Shown: one piece after another, positions 10,431 to 19,929 of the stretch
Layout of the letters: each line of letters starts with the position of its first letter
Position numbering within the stretch: position 1 is the stretch's first letter
Origin: Candidatus Levyibacteriota bacterium
GTDB lineage: Bacteria; Patescibacteriota; Microgenomatia; Levybacterales; UBA12049
Assembly (NCBI GenBank): GCA_003152105.1
Contig: PLZJ01000002.1
Span: 685,140 to 749,139 of the forward strand
Length of the DNA: 64,000 nt
Direction: 5' to 3'
Notes under the pieces: generated by a model
The model's database searches: none
What the model was told of the DNA's origin: nothing
The model's input: only the letters and a program-made list of their open reading frames with translations
Made by a program: the position numbers and the translations under genes

Positions 10431-11260
10431 TGGAAGAAAATCAAGACAAACTTTACGAACTTGACCCACACATGCTTCAAGCAAATCCTCTTCAACCTCG
10501 AGGAATTATTTCACCAGAATCGTTAAATGATTTAGTTGAATCAATCAGAGAACAAGGTATTCTTGAGCCGATCGTAGTAGCTAAAACTCCTGCTGGATAT
10601 CAAATTATTGCTGGAGAAAGAAGATGGAGAGCTGCAAAAATTCTCGGGTTATCAAAAGTTCCTGTAGTCGTTAAAGAAACAACTCCACAAGGCATGCTTG
10701 AAATGTCAATTGTTGAAAACGTTCAAAGAGAAGATTTAAATCCAATCGAAAGGGCACAAGCATACAAAAGATTAATAGATGAATTTGGACTTGGCACAAA
10801 CGAGGTAGCGAAACGAGTAGGAAAAAGCGCCCCAACTGTTTCAAATACAATTCGATTATTAACCCTTCCTGACGCTATTAAAGACGCGTTAGTTGCAGGA
10901 GTAATTACTGAAGGACATGTACGTCCTCTAATATCTTTAGGCGATCCTAAATTAATGCTTGAATTATTTAAGAAAATTTTACGCGATAACGCAACGGTGA
11001 GACAAACAGAAGAATGGGCTAGAAAAGCAAAATCTGAACAAGAAGGACAAAATGATAGACAACCAAAAATAAAAGAACGTTTATATATCCCTGAACAAGA
11101 TGAAATGGCGAAAACCATACAAGATTCTCATCAATTATCAAATGTCAAAATATTTCAATCCAGAAGCCTTGCGAGGATAGAATTGATTTTAAAAGGTGAT
11201 GTCGAGCACACCACTCCAAAAATTAAAGAGCTAGTAGAGTTATTAAAAGGAAACAATTAA
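10430..11260 (+). CDS. parB: ParB/Spo0J-like partition protein
   Basis: ParB N-terminal box IVVAKTPAGYQIIAGERRWRAAKILGL; HTH GTNEVAKRVGKSAPTVSNTIRLL. Start overlaps the rpmA stop (TAATG). Confidence 0.75.
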   Translation: MEENQDKLYELDPHMLQANPLQPRGIISPESLNDLVESIREQGILEPIVVAKTPAGYQIIAGERRWRAAKILGLSKVPVVVKETTPQGMLEMSIVENVQREDLNPIERAQAYKRLIDEFGLGTNEVAKRVGKSAPTVSNTIRLLTLPDAIKDALVAGVITEGHVRPLISLGDPKLMLELFKKILRDNATVRQTEEWARKAKSEQEGQNDRQPKIKERLYIPEQDEMAKTIQDSHQLSNVKIFQSRSLARIELILKGDVEHTTPKIKELVELLKGNN

Positions 11261-11314
11261 TCTTCACGTTAGAAAATAATCTACTTATTTCTCGTAAATT
11301 TTTCAGGTTGACCT

Positions 11315-11875
11315 TTAGTTGTAGGGGTTATGAATTGTTTTTATATCTTTTGGTGGCCAGTAAACAAACATAGATTCTCCAATGACAAAGCTATCTGGTA
11401 CAAAACCCCATTCTCTTGAATCTGAACTTTCTCCTCTGTTATCTCCCATAACAAAATAATACCCTTGAGGAACAGTTTTTTCTTCGCCTTCACCTATAAA
11501 TTGACCAGCTAGCGATTTTATTTGTGGGTTTAGATATGCTGATTCATCAAGTTGTTTATCGTTTAAGTATACGTTCCCGTTTTTTACCATTATTCTATCT
11601 CCTCCCACTCCTATGACTCTTTTAATATAATCTTTGTCTGGCTCAGGTGGGGCCTTGAATACAATGACATCACCTAATTTTGGTTTTTGAAAATGTAAAA
11701 TTATAAGATTTGTGAGTACATATTCTCTATCATCAAAGTTTGGATACATGGATAAACCATTCACTTGAAATGGTCTAAACAGAAATACATAAATAACTAA
11801 AAATACTGAAGCTGCTAGTAAAAGAGTTTGTAAAGAGTCTATAAAAACTAGCCAAATTTTTGATAGTATTCCCAT
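11315..11875 (-). CDS. lepB: Signal peptidase I
   Basis: N-terminal TM, catalytic Ser box GLSMYPNF, VIGVGGDRI, GDNRGESSDSREWGFV. Confidence 0.85.
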   Translation of the reverse strand: MGILSKIWLVFIDSLQTLLLAASVFLVIYVFLFRPFQVNGLSMYPNFDDREYVLTNLIILHFQKPKLGDVIVFKAPPEPDKDYIKRVIGVGGDRIMVKNGNVYLNDKQLDESAYLNPQIKSLAGQFIGEGEEKTVPQGYYFVMGDNRGESSDSREWGFVPDSFVIGESMFVYWPPKDIKTIHNPYN

Positions 11876-11903
11876 TCCCTGATTGTCTAAAATTTATATC
11901 CTT

Positions 11904-11932
11904 TTGTCAACAGAGAAGGTATTTGATACAAT
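11904..11932 (+). promoter_or_regulatory. Sigma70-like promoter TTGTCA-N17-TACAAT for tRNA-Val
   Basis: TTGTCA at 11904-11909, 17 nt spacer, TACAAT at 11927-11932, 8 nt before the mature tRNA 5' end. Confidence 0.4.
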
Positions 11933-11940
11933 TGCAGCAA

Positions 11941-12014
11941 GGATCTGTAGCTCAGATGGTTAGAGCGTTCGATTCACATTCGAAAGGTCAGAGGTTCGAT
12001 CCCTCTCAGGTCCA
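11941..12014 (+). tRNA. tRNA-Val (anticodon CAC), CCA not encoded
   Basis: Hand-folded cloverleaf: acceptor GGATCTG/CAGGTCC, D-arm GCTC-AGATGGTTA-GAGC, anticodon stem TTCGA/TCGAA with loop TTCACAT, T-arm AGAGG-TTCGATC-CCTCT, discriminator A. Confidence 0.75.
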
Positions 12015-12020
12015 CAACGG

Positions 12021-13811
12021 TTATTTAAAGAATTTCTTATATTTTCTACTTCTTCGAAGTGCAAAAACAAGAAGAAGAAAAATTGCAGTTGTTAATGATA
12101 GAAGTTTCCCCAGACTTCTAATAGGTGTGTCTGTAAATGATACAGTAACTTTATATAAACCTTTAGGAAGATTAAAAACTATTTTTCCTACTTCATTTTT
12201 ATTCCAATAAGAAATTGGCAATAAGTTATTATTCTCGCTAACATGCCATCCTGGGAAATATAACGTATTATCTAAGATTTTACTAGATTTTTTTGCATTA
12301 ATTACGTAAATATGATTGACTGGATTTCGAAAAACTTCTGTTATTTGTGCGTTCCCAGAAAGTACCTGTATATGATATTTTGATCTATCAAATCTAAGTG
12401 TTGAAATATGTAACCTTCTTTCTTGAGTAATTTTGAAAAGTGTTGCATTAGATTTATCAGTATATTCTGTATAAAAATCCCAAGCCTGATAATATATGTT
12501 TGGATCAAAAGGTATCATTTTTCTGTTTCCCCAATTTAACCCAGTACTGCCTATCGTAAAGATAATAATGATAATTACAATATACTTTCGATTAAAATTT
12601 GCCAAGACTATACCTGCTATTATCGAACTCAGAAAACTCATAGGAACAAGAAGTCTCCATACAAACAAGAAAGAATCAAGTATATAGATATGATCCCAAA
12701 TGGGTTTGGTAATAGATTGCATCAAAAGAAAATAAATTATGCAAAATATACTAAAAAGTACGGTGATTGCGTACTCCAATTTAGAAAAATATTTATTATT
12801 TCTCCATATCAAGAAAATTGCGGCTATAAACAAGAGCAAATGTGGATACCCAACAATTGTCCGAAGTTCTCCATTATGTCCTTGGAATAAAAAACCATAT
12901 AAAATCGGAGAGAATAAATAATCTTGTATAGGAAAAAATGCACCAGCAGGTCCAACCAAACTATACCATGTATATTTTATTTCAAAAGCTGCTGGTAACC
13001 AATAAAATGACGCAAGCAAAGCACCAATGGTAAGCATTGAAATTAGTTTTATGACAACTCTAAATACTGGTTTTTTTGTAGTCCTTAATTTTACAATGCA
13101 ATAAAAAAACAATATTGGAATTATTGATAGCATGACGCTTGGTTGAGATAAAAATATGCCTGTAAAGCTTAGGCCTCCTAAAACAAAATTAACATAGGTG
13201 TCTTTATCTATACTTCTTTTAACAAACAAGAAAAGTAATGGAATAAAAACAAAAGAAAGGACTTCGCCAACCGAAGACCTAAAATGAAGATCAATTAAAT
13301 GATAAGGTGCGAATAAATAAAAGATACCTGAAAATAGCGCGACTTTTTCATTAAACTCTTCTCGTGTATATATATACATTGTTATGCCTGAAAATATGAA
13401 CGATAGTGCAAGGAGAATTTTTATACTATTTAGATAAGAGAATCCAATAAAATGGAATATGCTTCCAATATAGTAAGGTAAAATATACTGATACATTAAT
13501 GCAGGACATCCATACCCTGCACAAAATTCGTGAGCCCACTGTGGTATTAAAATTCCTGCTTGGAAGTTCTCATAGACACTTCTAAGCAGTATAGTGTGTA
13601 GAGCTAAATCTCCAGCCTGATGTACACCAGGTCGAAATAAGTTAACTACAGCTGGTATAGAAATTACAATTATAAGATACAGAAAATTAATTTTCTTTTT
13701 TGGGTAAATATATGTATAGAACGCAAGTAATACTACTGCTATGAAAGAAAATAAAATTGGTAAAAATACAACTTTAGCAGATGTATTAAGTAATAACGTG
13801 AATAATCCCAT
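12021..13811 (-). CDS. Polytopic membrane protein, putative GT-C glycosyltransferase (YfhO / PTPS-related COG5617-like), paralogue A
   Basis: About 12 TM helices plus a C-terminal soluble domain and final TM. Conserved loop GDLALHT...ILIPQWAHEFCAGYGCPALMYQYILPYYIGSIFHFIGFSYLNSIKILLALSFIFSGITMY. Clear paralogue of 14934-16691. Confidence 0.5.
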   Translation of the reverse strand: MGLFTLLLNTSAKVVFLPILFSFIAVVLLAFYTYIYPKKKINFLYLIIVISIPAVVNLFRPGVHQAGDLALHTILLRSVYENFQAGILIPQWAHEFCAGYGCPALMYQYILPYYIGSIFHFIGFSYLNSIKILLALSFIFSGITMYIYTREEFNEKVALFSGIFYLFAPYHLIDLHFRSSVGEVLSFVFIPLLFLFVKRSIDKDTYVNFVLGGLSFTGIFLSQPSVMLSIIPILFFYCIVKLRTTKKPVFRVVIKLISMLTIGALLASFYWLPAAFEIKYTWYSLVGPAGAFFPIQDYLFSPILYGFLFQGHNGELRTIVGYPHLLLFIAAIFLIWRNNKYFSKLEYAITVLFSIFCIIYFLLMQSITKPIWDHIYILDSFLFVWRLLVPMSFLSSIIAGIVLANFNRKYIVIIIIIFTIGSTGLNWGNRKMIPFDPNIYYQAWDFYTEYTDKSNATLFKITQERRLHISTLRFDRSKYHIQVLSGNAQITEVFRNPVNHIYVINAKKSSKILDNTLYFPGWHVSENNNLLPISYWNKNEVGKIVFNLPKGLYKVTVSFTDTPIRSLGKLLSLTTAIFLLLVFALRRSRKYKKFFK

Positions 13812-13919
13812 TTATCTGCAGAGTATACAATGATTTAAAGTGTAATACAATTTTGCAAGTGAAAGCTTCTTTAGCATAGATTCTTCATAAAATTTATAGT
13901 ACTATATAGCAACTTTTAT

Positions 13920-14972
13920 ATGACTATAGTTTTCTTTTCAAGATATTTTTATCCTCACATAGGTGGCGTGGAAAAACATGTGCTAAACATAAGCAAAGAA
14001 CTAATTAAAAAAAAGCATAAAGTAATTGTTATTACAGAGAAAAGTAATTTCAAAGACAAAGAAATTGAGCAGTATAAAGATATAACAATTTATAGAATTC
14101 CAATAACTACTTCTGAAAAAAGAAAAAAATTTTTAATATGGAAATGGTTATTGCTACACAGAAGTATTATTAGCGATTCAGATATTGTACATGCACATGA
14201 CGTATTTTATTGGTATCTACCATTTAAAATGATATATCCAAGCAAAAAAGTATATATGACAATTCATGGTTATGAGGGTAATAAAATGCCCACCAGAAAA
14301 TCTAAAATTTCTCATAAAATTAATGCAATTCTTTCTTCTGGAAACATTAGTATAGGTTCATTCTTGGAAAAATGGTATGGCATAAAAGCAACATATATTT
14401 CTTATGGTGCGGTAGCAGTACAAGATAAGAAGCCTATCATTTCTTATCCTAAAAAAGGAGTAATAAAAGCATTATTTATTGGAAGATTAGAACCTGAGAC
14501 CGGAATTATGGAATACTTAAAGTTTATCGATTTAATGAGAAAAGATAATATTTCAATTACTATTATTATTGCAGGAGATGGATCATTACGAAATGAAGCA
14601 ATAGAATATGTTAAGGTAAAAAAAATAAAAGCAACATTTTTAGGATTTGTAAATGATCCACAAAAATATTTTAGTAAGGTTGATATTGTGTTTACTTCAC
14701 GATATCTTGGTATATTAGAGTCACTGCTTGGAAAAAAAAGGGTATATGCTTTTTATAATAATGCAATTAAAAAAGATTATCTGCAAATGTCATCGTTTTC
14801 TCAATTTATAAATATCGCCAAATCTATAAAACAAATGAGGTTGTTGCTTTTAAACGATAAAGCAAATGAAAATCTCTATAAAGCATCTATAAATCAAGGA
14901 TATGCATTTGCTTTAGAACAATCATGGCAAAAGTTAACGCTTCTTTATATAAAACTTTGGGGAAAGAAATAA
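13920..14972 (+). CDS. Glycosyltransferase family 4 (GT-B, group 1)
   Basis: N-terminus TIVFFSRYFYPHIGGVEKHVLNISKEL, typical of GT4; 350 aa. Confidence 0.65.
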   Translation: MTIVFFSRYFYPHIGGVEKHVLNISKELIKKKHKVIVITEKSNFKDKEIEQYKDITIYRIPITTSEKRKKFLIWKWLLLHRSIISDSDIVHAHDVFYWYLPFKMIYPSKKVYMTIHGYEGNKMPTRKSKISHKINAILSSGNISIGSFLEKWYGIKATYISYGAVAVQDKKPIISYPKKGVIKALFIGRLEPETGIMEYLKFIDLMRKDNISITIIIAGDGSLRNEAIEYVKVKKIKATFLGFVNDPQKYFSKVDIVFTSRYLGILESLLGKKRVYAFYNNAIKKDYLQMSSFSQFINIAKSIKQMRLLLLNDKANENLYKASINQGYAFALEQSWQKLTLLYIKLWGKK

Positions 14973-16691
14973 ATAGGTATAAAATACAAAAAATAACAAT
15001 ACCGCAATCATACATGTGATGCTAATTATTTGAGAATCTGTTCTGATAAACGTTTGATTATACTCAATACTTACAAGATATAAACCTGCTGGCGCATTAA
15101 AGAATATAATTCCGGGATTCCTATTATTTTGATAACTAATTGGAATTGGTTTGCTATTTATTAGTACTTCCCAATTGGGAAAATAGAGAGTATTTTCTTC
15201 GATATATAAAGGAGTAGCTGCGTTTACTATATACTCATGAATTGTTGAAGTTCGATTTATTTGTTTGATCGTAGCGATACCCTTTAATATATAAAGAGGC
15301 ATTTTAGGGATGTTTTTTTTCCAAACGTTTTTTTGATCAACCCACTTGGGTGCTGATTGAATGTTTCCTTCGCCTTGTATGGTACTAAGTGGAATATTAG
15401 CTCGAAGTGTAGTATCAGTTATTGCTCCAATTGTTCTTCTGTTTCCCCAATTAAATATTGTAATGAGTATGGTAATAACACAAAGAATTACAATAAATGA
15501 TTTGTTTTTATTAACTTTGACTACTATTCCTGCAATTAACGAAGTACAAAGTGTAATTCCTGCTAAGAATCTGTAGGAAAATTGAATATGTTTGAATAAT
15601 GGAAGAATACTATAAATTGGCTGTGAAATAGGGAGCATCATGACAAAAAGTACAAAAAATGAGAGTATCGCAAACAGGTATAAGAGATTTGTTTTTTTGA
15701 TTTTACCTTTAACTAAAAGATATAGTGAATATAAAACAATAAATAATTGAGTATAACCAATAATATAAGAAAGTTGTCCCTTTGGTCCTTGAAATAATAG
15801 TCCATACTTCCAGTTCGAATAAATAAATTCCCAAAAGTTTTGATATGAAACACTAACTACGTTTGATTTTAATGTGAATTGCAATTCATAGAGTAGCGGT
15901 AACCAGTAAAATAATGATAAAAGCAAACCAATTGTTAATGAGAAAAATGCATATGTTAAATATTTTCCATCTCTCTTTTTAGAATATATAAATAATTCAT
16001 ATAGTATCAGTATAGGAAAAACTATTATTGAAACAGCTTGATGAGATAAAATAAGTGCTGCCACTGAGCATGATAAAAATAAGAGATGAATAATACTAGT
16101 TTTTATAGATAATTTTTTCAAAAAATAAAAAACGAAGGGAGATATAGAAAGTGCGGTAACCTCTCCAATATCAACTCTAAAATGCATGTCGACTAAATGA
16201 TAAGGAGCGTACATATAGAATAGAGAGGATGCTATTCCAGACATTTCTCCTAACTCTTCTTTAATCCACAAATACATTCCTATACCAGAGAATATAAAAG
16301 TCATGGCAAGAAGTAGCTTAATGCTTGTAATAAAAGAAAATCCGATCAAATGAAAAAAACTAATCAAATAAAATGGTAAGGGGTATGAAAAATTAAAAAC
16401 TGGATAGCCATATGTAGCATTTAGTAAACCACCCCAAAGTGGAAATATATGTCCTTCTAAAAGTGAAGAATAGAAACTCATTGCCTCATAAACATGCAAA
16501 GAAAGATCTCCACTTTCATATGTTCCAGATCTAAATAAACTTGTAAGTGGCAACAATGATATTACTATCACATAAACTAAAGGATGTATTTTTTTATTTG
16601 GGAGTAATTTTTTAAAAAGAAGGAATCCACTTGCAAGAATAATGACTGAAATGCAACTTACGATAATTAACTTAGTTGATGCTGGAATCAT
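14934..16691 (-). CDS. Polytopic membrane protein, putative GT-C glycosyltransferase (YfhO / COG5617-like), paralogue B
   Basis: GDLSLHVYEAMSFYSSLLEGHIFPLWGGLLNATYGYPVFNFSYPLPFYLISFFHLIGFSFITSIKLLLAMTFIFSGIGMY aligns residue-for-residue with 12021-13811. Same C-terminal architecture. Confidence 0.5.
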   Translation of the reverse strand: MIPASTKLIIVSCISVIILASGFLLFKKLLPNKKIHPLVYVIVISLLPLTSLFRSGTYESGDLSLHVYEAMSFYSSLLEGHIFPLWGGLLNATYGYPVFNFSYPLPFYLISFFHLIGFSFITSIKLLLAMTFIFSGIGMYLWIKEELGEMSGIASSLFYMYAPYHLVDMHFRVDIGEVTALSISPFVFYFLKKLSIKTSIIHLLFLSCSVAALILSHQAVSIIVFPILILYELFIYSKKRDGKYLTYAFFSLTIGLLLSLFYWLPLLYELQFTLKSNVVSVSYQNFWEFIYSNWKYGLLFQGPKGQLSYIIGYTQLFIVLYSLYLLVKGKIKKTNLLYLFAILSFFVLFVMMLPISQPIYSILPLFKHIQFSYRFLAGITLCTSLIAGIVVKVNKNKSFIVILCVITILITIFNWGNRRTIGAITDTTLRANIPLSTIQGEGNIQSAPKWVDQKNVWKKNIPKMPLYILKGIATIKQINRTSTIHEYIVNAATPLYIEENTLYFPNWEVLINSKPIPISYQNNRNPGIIFFNAPAGLYLVSIEYNQTFIRTDSQIISITCMIAVLLFFVFYTYLFLSPKFYIKKR

Positions 16692-16717
16692 GCTGCTATA
16701 ATAACATATAAGAAGTT

Positions 16718-17626
16718 ATGAAAACATCATTTATCGCTACAATTTTTAATGAAGAAAATAATATTAAAGATTTAATAACATCACTTTTAAATCAAACTAA
16801 AAAAATTGATGAAATAATATTTGTTGATAATAATTCTACTGATAAAACGAGAGAGATTATTAAATCTTATAAAAATATTAAGTTACTGAAATATAGTGGA
16901 AATAGATCAAAAGGAAGAAATTTCGGAATTGAGCATGCAAGTGGAGATATAATTTTAGTATCCGATTCAGGATGCATTTTAGATAAGAATTGGGTAAAAA
17001 ACATAACGAGTGGATTTAAAAATGAAGATATTTCAGTAGTATCGGGTTATTATTTGCCGATTTGTAACAGTATTTTTCAAAAATGTCTAGCAACATATAC
17101 CTGTGTTATGCCAGATAAGTTAAATGAGAATACCTATCTTCCATCATCTCGATCCATAGCATTTAAAAAAAGTGCATGGAAAACAATTGGTGGATATCCC
17201 AAAAACCTCTCAACATGTGAAGATTTAATTTTTGCGGTAAGGTTAAAGAAGCATAACTTTCACTTCATTTTAGTAAAAGACGCATTAGTATATTGGCAAC
17301 AAAGGAAAAACTTACTTTCGGCATTTTCACAATTTTTCTCGTATGCAAAGGGAGACGGTAAGGCCAGATATGTAAGAGCTCAAACGCCATATTTATATTT
17401 ACGATATATTGTCGCAGTATTATTGTTTTATTTTTCGTTTAAAGAGCATTTTCTCACTCTATTTATTGTTTTAGGATCACTATATTTTTTTTGGGCAATA
17501 TATAAAAATTATGTCTATATAAAATCTCTATATGCAATTATATATTTACCTTTGCTGCAGTTAACATCAGATATTGCTGTATTGGCAGGGATGACAGTTG
17601 GACTTTTCTTGTCATTTACTAATTAA
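16718..17626 (+). CDS. GT2 glycosyltransferase with C-terminal TM helices (GtrB/ArnC/DPM-synthase-like polyprenyl-phosphate sugar synthase)
   Basis: IATIFNEENNIKDLITSLLNQTKKIDEIIFVDNNSTDKTREI is a GT2 N-terminus. The last roughly 80 aa form 2-3 hydrophobic helices. Confidence 0.65.
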   Translation: MKTSFIATIFNEENNIKDLITSLLNQTKKIDEIIFVDNNSTDKTREIIKSYKNIKLLKYSGNRSKGRNFGIEHASGDIILVSDSGCILDKNWVKNITSGFKNEDISVVSGYYLPICNSIFQKCLATYTCVMPDKLNENTYLPSSRSIAFKKSAWKTIGGYPKNLSTCEDLIFAVRLKKHNFHFILVKDALVYWQQRKNLLSAFSQFFSYAKGDGKARYVRAQTPYLYLRYIVAVLLFYFSFKEHFLTLFIVLGSLYFFWAIYKNYVYIKSLYAIIYLPLLQLTSDIAVLAGMTVGLFLSFTN

Positions 17627-17634
17627 AGCACCTT

Positions 17635-18636
17635 TTATTTAAGTCGCTTTTGTCGGAATTTTTCAATTGGCTTTTCAAAAACAAGATAAATTATAAATGC
17701 AAACATCACTGATACGCATATAAAAAATATGGTAGTTATGCTATTTTGAGATTTAATAACACCAATTTGTATAAAAAAATTAATAAGTAACAAATGACAT
17801 AAATAAATTGGATAAGAAGTTTCACCAATTATTCTGTCTATCGATAACTTATTTGTTAATTTAAATATAAACGGTATTGATACTAAGAAAATTAGTAGAA
17901 AAATCCATTCTTTAAATTTAATAATACTAGTAAAGGTATAATTAAACGGAATATTTGAGTACGAAATCACCAAAGCTAGAATCAATATAAATGTAGATAC
18001 GAGATACTTTTTTGGAAATGTTTTGTGCTTTATAACTTTGTATATTTCATAAGATAACACTCCAAGCAGGAAAAAAATTATTATTTCTGGAAAAAACCAA
18101 TCACCAGCTGGATTGTGATTTAGTCGTAATATTACTTGCACTAAAAAATGAATAAAAAGAGCAATTCCAGTAAGTATGAACAGCATTTTTCTACTTAGTT
18201 TTACAATAAATGGAGCAACAATATAGAAACATAATTCAGAAACTAATGTGTATGCAACTGGTAACGTAAGAAGTTGTCTATTGTCAGTATTTATTTGAAG
18301 GTAATCATTTCTTATAAGTAATGTAACATCACTTAATATATTAAGTGGAGGTTGAGATAATATGTTTTGATGTAGCAATATTATTTCAAAGATATAGGTC
18401 AATAGTAGAATTAACCAATAGGTAGGATATATTCTAAAAAATCTATTTGTGATAAATAATTTATACCCTCCATTCTTTCCTATATATTTTTCATTTAATA
18501 TTAAAGACATGTAAAAACCAGATATAATATAAAAAGCTTTTAATGCGGCATCTCTACCTAAGAATAGTAATCCAAATAGAGGATATGAATGGTGAATAAC
18601 AATCGTAATTGCTAATAAGAATCTGATTAATCCCAT
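17635..18636 (-). CDS. Acyltransferase family 3 (membrane O-acyltransferase)
   Basis: FLLAITIVIHHSYPLFGLLFLGRDAALKAFYIISGFYMS and about 10 TM helices. Confidence 0.55.
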   Translation of the reverse strand: MGLIRFLLAITIVIHHSYPLFGLLFLGRDAALKAFYIISGFYMSLILNEKYIGKNGGYKLFITNRFFRIYPTYWLILLLTYIFEIILLHQNILSQPPLNILSDVTLLIRNDYLQINTDNRQLLTLPVAYTLVSELCFYIVAPFIVKLSRKMLFILTGIALFIHFLVQVILRLNHNPAGDWFFPEIIIFFLLGVLSYEIYKVIKHKTFPKKYLVSTFILILALVISYSNIPFNYTFTSIIKFKEWIFLLIFLVSIPFIFKLTNKLSIDRIIGETSYPIYLCHLLLINFFIQIGVIKSQNSITTIFFICVSVMFAFIIYLVFEKPIEKFRQKRLK

Positions 18637-18648
18637 AAAATGAAAAAG

Positions 18649-19887
18649 CTAAGCATTTGATCTAAATATAGTATAGGTGATGTAGAGAGTATATGTTTGA
18701 GAAATTATATATGAAATGAGTACTGCATACGCAACACCATTAAGATTAAATAATTTTGAAAATGGAAATAATAATATAATCAGCAGTAAGAAATTTATAG
18801 AATCTGTTATGGTCAGTACTTTTGGTTTGCCTAGAGCTAATAAAAAGGGAGCAAATGGACCCATTAGTGATCTAAAGCAACCATAAACTGCTAATATTTG
18901 AAGAATTGGTGCAGCATTTAACCATTTATTACCCAGTACGACTACAATTATTTCTTTTGGAAAGGCTATGAAAATAAAACTTAAAATAATGGTCGGAATA
19001 GATATAAATAGAATATGCTGTTTTAGAGAATTTTTCATTAATAATTTATCATTTTGTATATGTGCATATATTGGGAATGCAATTTTTGAAATATTATCAG
19101 TAATTTCTGAGAATGCTATATTGCCAATCTTAAATGACATATCATAAATTCCAAGGACTCCTGTATTAAAAAACTTTCCAATAAATAGATTGTCAATCTG
19201 AGTCATTAAATAGGAAGAAATTCCTCCTATTGTTAACCATTTACTAAAACCGAGTAGTTTCTTAACTAAACTAAATGAGATTGGATGTGAAAAATCTGAT
19301 TTTATTACTACGTATGATAATAAAGTTTGAAAAATCGTTCCTATGAGAAGACCAAAGACAAGAGATAAGGCGTTGCGATATATAAGAGCAAGCAAGATCG
19401 TAAAAAATGCTGTTATAAAACTTGATATAAATTGATAAAGAAATTCGTTTTTGAATTGAAACTTTTTATAGAAATAGAGTAAATAGGGATTTTGAATGCT
19501 ATTAATAAGAGGAATAAAAGAAGCAATCAAAAGTAAATTAAACAAAACAGGATTGTTAAAAAATGAAGCTAAGAATTTAGCAATTACAATATTAATTAAT
19601 GTTAAGCATACTCCACGGACAAAATTTATAGAAAGTATAGTTTTTGCATATGGATGAAGTTCTTCTTGAAAATGGATAATAGCGTATTCAAGTCCAGTTT
19701 CTGATATAGCTTCTAATAAATTTATTATACTAGTTACGATTGCGAATAGCCCGAAATCTGATTGTGTTAGAATTCTTGCTAAAATTATAATTCTAATAAA
19801 ATCTAATCCTCTAGAACTAAATTGTAAAATTCCCATCCAACTAGTACCCTCAATAAATCTTTTTTTAACATTAATTTTATTTGCCAT
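18649..19887 (-). CDS. Wzx-type oligosaccharide flippase (polysaccharide biosynthesis protein, MOP superfamily)
   Basis: 412 aa, about 12 TM. Start GTSWMGILQFSSRGLDFIRIIILARIL is typical of the Polysacc_synt/Wzx family. Confidence 0.6.
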   Translation of the reverse strand: MANKINVKKRFIEGTSWMGILQFSSRGLDFIRIIILARILTQSDFGLFAIVTSIINLLEAISETGLEYAIIHFQEELHPYAKTILSINFVRGVCLTLINIVIAKFLASFFNNPVLFNLLLIASFIPLINSIQNPYLLYFYKKFQFKNEFLYQFISSFITAFFTILLALIYRNALSLVFGLLIGTIFQTLLSYVVIKSDFSHPISFSLVKKLLGFSKWLTIGGISSYLMTQIDNLFIGKFFNTGVLGIYDMSFKIGNIAFSEITDNISKIAFPIYAHIQNDKLLMKNSLKQHILFISIPTIILSFIFIAFPKEIIVVVLGNKWLNAAPILQILAVYGCFRSLMGPFAPFLLALGKPKVLTITDSINFLLLIILLFPFSKLFNLNGVAYAVLISYIISQTYTLYITYTIFRSNA

Positions 19888-19929
19888 ATATATCTGTGTA
19901 TATTATACTGTGCATTACCTTTTTAGTAT

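Noticed and set aside
11261-11314. Possible rho-independent terminator between the convergent parB and lepB
   Set aside because: Only a weak, AT-rich imperfect inverted repeat (gaaaataa / ttatttc) with no GC-rich stem. Not convincing enough to call.
11860-12210. 116-aa plus-strand ORF
   Set aside because: It runs straight through the tRNA-Val gene and into the 3' end of the minus-strand membrane protein gene. It has no protein-like composition and is an artefact of the AT-rich sequence.
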